Assembly (NCBI GenBank): GCA_963822445.1
Contig: CAWGHO010000001.1
Coordinates: forward strand, 160,001-224,000
Direction: 5' to 3'
Source of the DNA: an uncultured Acidobacteriota bacterium
GTDB lineage: Bacteria; Acidobacteriota; Thermoanaerobaculia; Gp7-AA8
DNA length: 64,000 bases
Translations under genes and position numbers: made by a program
Shown here: one piece after another, positions 29,901 through 38,100 of the stretch
Numbering within the stretch: position 1 is the first letter of the stretch
Layout: the number at the start of each line of letters is the position of its first letter
Notes under the pieces: model-generated
Told to the model about the DNA's origin: nothing
Database searches by the model: none
The model's input: only the letters and a program-made list of their open reading frames with translations

Positions 29901-32069
29901 GGAACCTACGAGTGGCGCGTGCAGAGTCTTGCCGAGAACTGCGACACCTTCACCAGCGCCTGCGTGACGTTCACGGTGGCTGAGGACACGCCGGATTGCA
30001 CGGTGCCCGCGGCGCCGATCGTCAGCGTCGTCGGCCAGACCACCTCGGCCAAGACGTACGAAGTGCAGTGGGAACCGGTGCCGGGCGCGGTCCGTTACGA
30101 GATCGACGAAGCCACGAACCCCGAATTCCTCGGCGCCACGCGGCTGACCGTCACCGGCAACAGCCAGGCCTACAAACACGACGTGATCGTCGCGACCGCG
30201 TTCTACTACCGCGTCCGCGCGTTCGCGAACTGCACCAACACGCCCGGTCCGGACTCGACGACTGTGCGCGTGGTCATCATTCCGCTGCCGCCCAAGGACC
30301 AGGAAGATCCGCAGGTCAACATCCCCGCGGGTAGCGAAGAAGTGGTCGTGCAGACGGTCTTCATTCCGGGTGAGCCGGGACAGAACCTGCTCTACACCGC
30401 GACGACCGACCGTCCGTGGCTGACGGTTCGTCCGCAGCAGGGCGTGATCACGCCGGCCGGCATCAACCTCGAAGTCATCGCCGATCCGAAGACGCTGCCG
30501 AACGGCACGTTCACGGCGAGCATCATCGTCACCATCACCGACGGCACCAGCGGCCGCATCGGCACGCACGGCACGACCGTGAAGACCACGCCGTTCTCCA
30601 TCAACCTCGTCACGCCGGTCACGCCGGTTGCATCCAAGCCGGCGACCTCGCAATACGCGCTGATCATCCCCACCGCCGGTCATCTCGACGGCGTCAACTC
30701 GCACTGGCAGTCCGATATCCGCGTCACCAACGCCGGCTTCAAATCGGCGCGCTATCAGCTGACCTTCACGCCGTCCGGCGGCACGACCCAGGGCGTGAAG
30801 CAGACGAACATCACCGTCGATGCCGGAGCAACGACCGCGCTCGACGACATCGTCCGCAACTGGTTCGGTCTGGGCACGCTCAACGACGGCGCGAACGGCA
30901 TGCTCGAGATCCTGCCGCTCGATGATGCGGCCACGACCTCCCTGACCACCGTCGCGTCGAGCCGCACGTACAACGTCAGCGGCAACGGAACCCTCGGCCA
31001 GTACATCCCGGCCGTACCGTTCCCGAGCTTCATCGGCCGCGCGCTGCCGAACGCGTTGCCGCAGGTTCTCAGCCTGCAGCAGATCGCGCAGTCCTCGCAG
31101 TACCGCACGAATGTCGGCCTCGCGGAAGCGGGCGGCGCCTCGGTCAATGCGGTCCTGAGCGTCTTCAACGCGAACGGCTCCAAGCTCGCCGAGATCCCGG
31201 TTGCGCTCGCGGCCGGTCAGCAGTTGCAGATGAACCAGCTCCTGGCCACGCAAGGCATCGAGCTGAACGACGGCCGCATCGAAGTGAAGGTCACCGGCGG
31301 CGACGGCAAGATCACCGCGTACGCCTCGGTGGTCGACAGCGCGACGCAGGACCCGCTGCTCGTCAGCGGCACGCCGCTTTCGGGCTCCGGCGCGACGAAG
31401 TTCGTCCTGCCGGGCGTGGCCAATCTCGACAATCCGGTCGCGCACTGGCGCACGGACATGCGCGTGTTCAACTACGGCAACTCCTCGCAGCCGGCGACGC
31501 TGACCTTCTTCCCGTTCAACAACGGTCCGTCGAAGACCGCGCAGGTTCTTCTCGGCGCGGGCCAGATCATGACCCTCGACAACATCCTGAAGACGCAGTT
31601 CGAAACGGAGAACACCGGTGGTGTGGTCCACCTCACGACGCCGAATCCGGCTTCGCTCGTCGTCACCGGCCGCACGTACAACCAGACCGAGAACGGCACG
31701 TTCGGCCAGTTCGTACCGGCCGTGACCGTCGATCAGGCGGTCGGCGTGAACGAGCGGACGCTGCACATCCTGCAGGTCGAGGACTCGACGCGCTATCGCA
31801 CGAACATCGGCCTGGCCGAGGTGACCGGGAAGCCGGTGACGGTGGAGATGCAGATCGTCCTGCCGGATTCGAAGATCACCCCGACCATCCAGATCCCGCT
31901 CGCCGCGAACGAGTTCAGGCAGTTCAACGTGATCCGGGACCTCGGCGTCGGCAACGTCTACAACGCGCGCATCACCGTGCGCGTGCTCGACGGCCAGGGC
32001 CGCGTAACGGCCTACGGATCGGTGATCGACGAGGTCACCCAGGATCCGACGTACGTGCCGGCGCAATAA
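23937..32069 (+). CDS. Giant secreted adhesin-like protein: G/T/N-rich beta-strand repeats, 3 DUF11, FN3-like, BACON-like and shared C-terminal module
   Basis: Intact ~2,710-codon ORF with signal peptide MRFRTLGVF; GYDQLVVTGAATLDG; DL.ITKTGP repeats. Confidence 0.88.
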   Translation: MRFRTLGVFAVALLVLSAPSAMATDYYADVSGGSWTSNTTWHLVSNSGPVAPAGTYPGSATGDKAIIDFQGIAVTLSAAVPNAVTIDFNNVSCSLTVTTGGSVALTGASQIAGGTILSLTGGTVDNGGTLTIGSTSAINWSTGTITGAGTTIISAGADLNATGSSMIVTGGQTINVFDTLTYGASASGLAVNSGAKIVVQSGGLFDVQNANGIAGDNLGGANITVNSGGTFLKSNGNFGTNISPTFNNNGTVQVNISSMGFARGTHTGAFIMNGPTTGLGFAFGGTHTFSGATGSISGTGSAFFGGPTVISAGADLDISNLSNDSFSSISGNGTVNLTGTFTWNASSISGITFNALGGSTVNLTGAGNTSIASAAHFNNAGTMTINPGATFSIVSDAHLTNNGTINIAGDLTINSDGAPLARIDNLATRSINKTAGAGAAYIAVKLNNAGSVSALSGLLKLQQGGTHSGSWGLGTSAALVFDGGTHQFTGGSFSGSTGTVGLNAGVMDVDANITLASGIAFQQSGGVLTGAGNFTAGGAFLWTGGTMSNVSGNGQTILTGTSSQIAGTTSTIVLSGRTISNTGTFTYNPTTGIELSIDDGGLFLNTGTFNWVGDAEIDSNQASTPRFTNGGVINKSTGTGVANIYAVFRNNQTLNLTSGSMALHGGGDTLGTITFINAANRMIIANGSFSTTQPTLTGGGVIAVDGPFATLGLTGTVTIPQMEILNGGTVAGGTLTIGTSLIWRNGTMLGGVTNINVGANLIATSLNGALTLDTHSLTNNGTFTWDGSNTLQLINGSSLINNGTFNATGNGTIGGTAPANAITNNGTFEKTGGTSGTRIDPVFGNSGQLSSEVPGQSLIIAGGGSQTGGGSLVTVTGALIDFFAGTFTVPPGTSPFMGSGIFRVNGGTLSITGSLNIPAPATLVVDSGALNVAVSSTFQIFGGLTWNGGTLQGDGTTRTFGGSIGNTAAKTLNNNHTLTVAGGTFNYTATSPNLLTIGGTANFNIENSATVVMAANSAITGTSTDGLTISFGATLDTSAGTSTVSNGTMSGGTIATGASGRLDFGSGAFAINAGSVTGTGTIGVIGATLTVNATITFPNLIQSGGTLTGTGALTVNGGTWTGGTMTGTGSTTVGTGASFGIAAGSGKTLARNLSNNGTVGMTDGFALSGTAIAANGGTGTWNDTAAAVMTCAACTGKFHNLGSYNKSGTLTSHSVRFDNDGTLTIGVGAPGLRFLAGGTHNGDFITNTGSVDFGGTQTFNATSDTTGGGFVSYLDNTVHQGTLVISSTAPTSGVSLNNGSNVTFNTASAVQTPRIIITGDLDGTSAVTLTGPTTSIWQGGTIGGTGPFTIGSGATLSVESATGILDGRTITNNGTLSVTRSIAAGLGGGSIINTSGFRAQPTANITIGPAFTNQGLAQFQAFDTAFNGGYTQTAGSTQLIGGTFSSPLTVNIDGGTVTGNGTISANVSNDGTFAPGASAGTITIAGNFTQSNTGVINSEIGGTAPGTGYDQLVVTGAATLDGTMNVTFINAFTPADANVFDLVTWASHTGAFATVNLPPFPPGTLIPTYETNAFRITADAVGDLGITKTGPANATVGQNISYSIVVNNGGPSAADNVIVSDPTPANMTWVSNSGDCTTAFPCSLGTVAAGATKTITAIFTVTGGAGTNITNTATVSTTSTDNVTANNTASSTAFVDLADVSITKTGPASAAFGQNVSFTITVTSNGPSPASNVIVSDPTPANMTWVSNSGNCTTAFPCSLGTLNSGVTKTITATYTITGGAGTNITNTATVSTSTPESTTANNSGSATVFVDLADLAITKTGPATAQAGGDISFTITVANGGQSAANNVVVNDPTPAGLNFLSNSGDCTTAFPCSLGSVPSGATKTIIATYSVAADRSGTTITNTATVTTTTTDDTSNNSASATVAIDCLNSTPTNLTATVGAGGDGTLSWRGTGESYIVFLGPQGSGCSTQFATTASRSVSFSDLAPGTYEWRVQSLAENCDTFTSACVTFTVAEDTPDCTVPAAPIVSVVGQTTSAKTYEVQWEPVPGAVRYEIDEATNPEFLGATRLTVTGNSQAYKHDVIVATAFYYRVRAFANCTNTPGPDSTTVRVVIIPLPPKDQEDPQVNIPAGSEEVVVQTVFIPGEPGQNLLYTATTDRPWLTVRPQQGVITPAGINLEVIADPKTLPNGTFTASIIVTITDGTSGRIGTHGTTVKTTPFSINLVTPVTPVASKPATSQYALIIPTAGHLDGVNSHWQSDIRVTNAGFKSARYQLTFTPSGGTTQGVKQTNITVDAGATTALDDIVRNWFGLGTLNDGANGMLEILPLDDAATTSLTTVASSRTYNVSGNGTLGQYIPAVPFPSFIGRALPNALPQVLSLQQIAQSSQYRTNVGLAEAGGASVNAVLSVFNANGSKLAEIPVALAAGQQLQMNQLLATQGIELNDGRIEVKVTGGDGKITAYASVVDSATQDPLLVSGTPLSGSGATKFVLPGVANLDNPVAHWRTDMRVFNYGNSSQPATLTFFPFNNGPSKTAQVLLGAGQIMTLDNILKTQFETENTGGVVHLTTPNPASLVVTGRTYNQTENGTFGQFVPAVTVDQAVGVNERTLHILQVEDSTRYRTNIGLAEVTGKPVTVEMQIVLPDSKITPTIQIPLAANEFRQFNVIRDLGVGNVYNARITVRVLDGQGRVTAYGSVIDEVTQDPTYVPAQ
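28683..29720 (+). repeat. Three 348-nt (116-aa) DUF11-type coding repeats
   Basis: Units start at 28683, 29031 and 29379. Confidence 0.85.
30318..32069 (+). repeat. 1,752-nt copy 1 of a duplicated C-terminal coding block
   Basis: Colinear with 38572-40323, same length, with long identical DNA runs. Confidence 0.92.
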
Positions 32070-32166
32070 CCCGCCTTCTCCCCGGGAGCGACGGCCGTCA
32101 CGGCCGCCGCTCCCCCCGGGGGCGTAAAATCGCCCATTCGCCGCCTGGTGCCTCGGAGGACTGTGT

Positions 32167-35100
32167 ATGGGCTCTCGTTTCCAGTGGTTCGTTGTGACTC
32201 TGGTTCTCTGCGCGGCATCGGCAGCGCAGGCCGGTTCGTACACCGTGACGACTACGGCCGACAGCGGGGCCGGCTCGCTGCGCCAAGGCATCCTGGACGC
32301 GAACTCGGCGACGTGCACGAGTCCGTGCACGATCCAGTTCGACGCCACGCTCTTCGCGACGACGCAGACCATCAACACGGCCTCGAATCTCTCCATCACC
32401 GCGAGTAACGTCACCATCGACGGATTCGCGAACGGGGTCGGCTCGGCCAACAACAGCGCGTTCGGGAGCTCGGACAACTCCGTGCAGCGCGTGGTCGTCA
32501 ACGGTCCGTCGACGACCTGTTGCCCGGTGATCACCATCTCCGGCTCGAACGTCACGATCCGCGGCCTGGTCATTCAGGACGGCCAGACGGGCATCACTGT
32601 CAGTGGAACCGGGAGCGCGACGATCGCCGGCTGCAAGATCGGCACGAATGCCCTCGGTACGGCCGCGGTCCCGAACCTCATCGGAATCTCCGTGAGCGGA
32701 ACCAGCCCCACGGCCACGATCGGCGGCTCCAATGCGGCCGACCGCAACCTCATCAGCGGCAACAGCGGTTCGGGCATCAGCCTGGCCTCTGCCGGCAACG
32801 TCGTGATCGGCAATTACATCGGCACGACCGCGCTGGGCTCCGCCTTTCTCGCCAACGCCACCGGTGTGAGTGTCTCGAACAGCAATAACACCGTCGGCAA
32901 CACGTCGATGGGCAACGTCATCAGCGGCAATACGGGCCGAGGCATCGACGTCCTGCTCGGCACCGGCACGGCCATGGGCAACAACCGCATCGGCACCAAC
33001 ATCAGCGGAACGGCCGCTGTGGCGAACAACGCCGGCATCTTCGTCGGCGGCGGGGGCACGCCCGGAAGTGTCAGCATCGGCGGCACAGGACAGCCCAACC
33101 TGATCTCCGGCAATACGACCAGCGGCATCGAGATCAACAACTCCAGCGGGTCGAACATCGTGTCGTTCAACTTCATCGGATTGAACGACGGGTCCAGCGC
33201 AACGATCCCCAACGGCGGTACGGGAATCGTCCTCACGGCGATCGGCTCTTCGAACACGATCACCAACAACCGCATCGGCGGCAACGCCTTCTACGGCATG
33301 ACCCTCAACGGCGGCGCCGACACCACCATCCAGAACAACTTCATCGGCTACGTCAGCGGCACGCCCCGCCCCAATGGCCTCGGCGGAGTCCGCATCACCG
33401 CGGCGACCGGCACCACGACCGTCTTCGCGAACTCCATCCGTAACAACGGCGGCGTGGGGGTGGACGTCGATGGTGTGATCATCGGCGTAGCCATCAAGCA
33501 GAACGAGATCGCGGACAACACGGGCATCGGCATCGATCTGAAAAACGGATCCGGATCGCTCGGCGCGACGGCCAACGACGCCGGTGACACCGACACCGGG
33601 GCCGGCAACCACCTCCAGAACTTCCCCGCCATCACGTCGGCGTCCGTGGACGGCCCGACCGGCTCGTCGACGCTGACCCTCAAGTTCAACGTGGACTCCG
33701 CCAACGTCGGAACGACCCTGGGGATTCGCGCCGAGGCGTTCAAGGCCGACACCGATCCGACCAATCCCGAGGGACTCACGTTCCTTCAGGGGCAGTGCTT
33801 CGCGAGCAACAACATCAGCAATGCCACGATGACCATCCCCACCGCGGGCGTCGCCCCCGGCGACAAGATCGTGATGACCGCGACCAGCTACACGAACACG
33901 ATCTGCTCCAGTGTCAACGAGGGAACCTCGGAGTTCTCGCCCGGTGCGACCGTCGCCGTGGCACCAGGCTTCGTCATCAACACGAACAACTCCGGCGCGG
34001 GGTCCCTGCGCCAGGCCATCACCGACGCGAACAGCGGCGCGTGCGCATCGCCCTGCGCGATCACCTTCAACATCCCGAACACCGATCCGAACTTCTCGGG
34101 CGGCGTTTACACCATCCGCCCGACCACGGCGCTCCCCGACATCCTGGCTTCGAACACCACCATCGATGGTGCGACGCAGACGGTGTTCGGCGGCGACACG
34201 AACCTGAGCGGCCCGGAGATCGTCATCAACGGCTCGCTCATCACCGGGGCCTCGGCCGGTCTGCAGATCGCCGCGCTAACCGCCGGCCAGGGCAACAACA
34301 TCGCCATTCGCAATGTCGTGGTGAACGGCTTCCCGAACGAGGGCATCTTCCTGGACGGATCGGCGCTGGCCTTGACGAACATCTCCATCACCGGGAACTA
34401 CGTCGGCACCGATCCGACCGGCACCAGCGCCGTCCCGAACGCCACCACCGGGATCTACGTGGGCGGTCTCGTGAGCGGTGCCTTCATCGGCACGCAGAGC
34501 AACGGCAATCTCATTTCAGGCAACACCCAGAACGGCATCATCCTCGACGGGGCGAGCGGCAACTTCGTCCAGAGCAACATCATCGGCCTCAATGCCTCCG
34601 GCACCGCCGCCCTTCCCAACGGCTTCGTAGGCATCCAGATCAGCGGCGCGGCGCAGAACAACACGATCGGCGGCGGCGTCGCCGGCACGGGCAATACCGT
34701 CTCCGGCAACCTGCGGCAAGGCATCGCCATCCTGGACAGCGGCACGAACGGCAACGTCGTTCAAGGGAACTACATCGGCACCGATACGTCCGCCGGCACT
34801 GCCATCGGCAACGGCTGGGCAGGCATCGGGATCTGGAACGGCGCGCAGAGCAACACCATCGGCGGCACGACCCTCGGCGAAGGCAACGTCATCTCCGGGA
34901 ACGGCGAGGACGGCGTCGCCATCCGCGATCTCAACACTTCTTCGAACATTCTCGCCGGCAACTACATCGGCACGAACGCCTCCGGTTTCCTCGCCGTCCC
35001 CAACGGCTGGTACGGCGTGGACATCTTCAGCGCCGCCACGAACAACACCGTGGGCGGCAGCGTCGTTTCGGCGATGAACGTCATCTCCGGCAACACTCTC

Positions 35101-38100
35101 GGAGGCGTGCTCCTCTCCGACTCCGGCACTACCGGAAACGTGATCAGCGCAAACCGCATCGGCCTCAATGGCGTCGGGAGCGGGGCGCTCGCGAACCTCG
35201 GCCCCGGTGTGCTCATCGCCGCCGGTGCATCCGGCAACACCCTCGGCGGCGGCACGGTGGCCGCCAACGCCATCGCTCACAACGGCGCGGCCGGCGTGGC
35301 CGTCACGGGCGCCTCGATCGAAAACAACATCCGCTACAACTCGATCTTCTCCAACACCGGCCTGGGCATCGACCTCGCGAACAACGGGGTCACGGCGAAC
35401 GACGCGGGCGACGGCGACAGCGGCCCGAACGCGCTGCAGAACTTCCCAATCCTCGCGATGGCCAGCTACAACAGCGTTTCGAACCAGACCACGATCAGCG
35501 GCACGCTCAACAGCCTTCCTAGCACGCAGTTCGACATCGACTGGTATTCGAACACGGCCCTCGACGGCAGCGGCCACGGCGAAGGCGAGGTCTACGAAAC
35601 GACATCGACCTTCACCACCGACGCACTCGGCAACGCCAACGTCAGCATCATCCTGCCCGGCAATCGCCGCACCTCGAACATCGTCGCAACAGCGAGCCGC
35701 GTCAACGGACCGGTGCGCGAGACATCGGAATTCAGCGCGACCGCGCCGAACAATCCTCCCGTGGCGAACAACGACACGCCGCCCGCGACGAACGAGGACA
35801 CGCCCACGACGTTCGATCCGCGCGCGAACGACAGCGATCCGGAAGGCGGAACGTTCACCATCACCTCGAACACGCAGCCTTCGCCGAGCGCTGGCTCGGT
35901 CACCTGCTCGGCGACTTCGTGCACTTTCACGCCGGTCGCGGATTACAACGGTCCGGCCTCGTTCAACTACACCATCACCGACGACCTCGGCGCGACCGCG
36001 ACCGCCACGGTGAACATCACCGTCAACGCCGTCAACGACCCGCCCGTCGCAAACACCGACGCGATCAACACCTCTGAAGACACGCAAGGCGCGGTGAACG
36101 TGCTGACCAATGACACCGACGTCGATGGGCCGTCCGCGCTCAGCGTCACCGGCAACACGAACGGCGCGAACGGAACGGCTGTTTGTTCTCCGATCGGCAA
36201 CTGCACCTACACGCCGAACCCGGACTTCAACGGCGCCGACTCGTTCACGTACACGGTCAGCGACAGCTCCGCTGCCTCAGTCGGCACGGTCAACGTCACT
36301 GTCAACGCCACGAACGATCCGCCGGTCGCCAACCCCGACGCGATCAACACCACCGAAGACACGCCGAACTCGGTGAACGTGCTCACGAACGACACCGACG
36401 TCGACGGACCGTCCGCCCTCACCGTCACCGGCAACACCAACGGCACCAAAGGCAACGTGGTCTGCACGGCCGCCGGAGGGTGCACGTACACGCCGAACCC
36501 CGATGAGAACGGCGCGGACTCGTTTACTTACACCGTCAGCGACGGCGTCGCGTCCACGGTCGGCACCGTCAACGTGAACATCAGTTCCGTGAACGATCCG
36601 CCGGTCGCGAACACCGACGGGCTGGGTACGACCGAAGACACGCCCAACAGCGTCAATGTGCTGGCCAACGACACCGACGTGGATGGACCGTCCGCCCTCA
36701 CCGTCACCGGCAACACCAACGGCACGAAGGGGACCGCGGTCTGCACCGCGGCCGGGTCATGCACGTACACGCCGAATCCCGATCAGACCGGGACGGACTC
36801 CTTTACGTACACGGTCAGCGACGGCCTCGGCTCGTCGGTGGGCACGGTCAACGTCAACATCACCGCCACCAACGATCCGCCGCTTGCCAACCCCGACACG
36901 ATCAACACGGCCGAAGACTCCCCGGGCTCGGTGAACGTGCTGACGAACGACACCGACGTGGATGGACCGTCCGCGCTCAGCGTCACCGGCAACACCAACG
37001 GCACGAAGGGCAGCGCGGTCTGCACGGCTGCCGGCAACTGCACCTACACGCCGAATCCCAATCAGAACGGCGCGGACTCGTTCACGTACACCGTCAGTGA
37101 CGGCAGCGCATCCTCCGTCGGCACCGTCAACGTCAACATCGGCTCCGTGAACGATCCGCCCGTCGCCAATGCGGATGCCCTCACCACGAACGCGAACACG
37201 CCTGGCTCGGTCAACGTGCTCACCAACGACACCGACATCGACGGACCGTCGCCGCTGACCGTGACCGGCAACACCAATGGCACAAAAGGCACGGCCACGT
37301 GCACGGCCGCCGGCAACTGCACCTACACCCCGAACCTCAACGAGAGCGGCGGCGACTCCTTCACGTACACGGTCTTCGATGGAGCGTCGAGCGCCACCGG
37401 AACGGTCAGCGTGACCATCGGCTCGCCCAATTCTCCGCCCAACGCCGTCGACGATTTCGCCGACACGGTTCAGAACACCGCGGTGACCATCAACGTTCTG
37501 GCCAACGACTCCGATCCGGAGAGTCAGCCGCTGACGCTCGTCGCCAACACGCAGCCGGCCAACGGCGGGGTTTCCTGCCAGCCCGACGGCAATTGCACGT
37601 ACACACCGAACAGCGGCTTCACCGGTGTCGACTCCTTCACCTACACCGTTCAGGACAGCGTCGGCGCAACCAGCAATGCCACGGTGGCCATCAACGTCAG
37701 CGGCTGCCCCGAGGCGCCGGCGTTCCTCAGTCCCGCTCCGAATGCGACCGGTGTTCGGACCACGGGAAGGCTCTCGTGGGACAACACCGGCGCGGACTCC
37801 TACAACGTTTACCTCGGCCGCGCCGACGGCGACGGTTGCGACCCGCTGATCGGCTCGACGCTCGGGACGTCCATCTCGTACGCGAACCTCGAGCCCAACA
37901 CCCGTTACCTCTGGCGCGTCGAAGCGGTCAGGCAGGGCTGCCAGCCCGCCTCTAGCGCATGCGTCGCATTCACGACCGGTCCGGCTTGCAACGTATCTCT
38001 GACGCTCGTGAAGCCGCTCGGCGGAACCGTGGCGTCGCCCATCGAGTTCGAATGGCAGGCCGTCAGCGGCGCCACGGCGTACACGGTCTTCGCGAAGATC

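Noticed and set aside
29784-36087. Long antisense or alternate-frame ORFs (e.g. 29784..32573, 34516..36087; likewise 21139..23040 and 14043..15779)
   Set aside because: Shadow ORFs typical of high-GC coding DNA, with no recognisable motifs.
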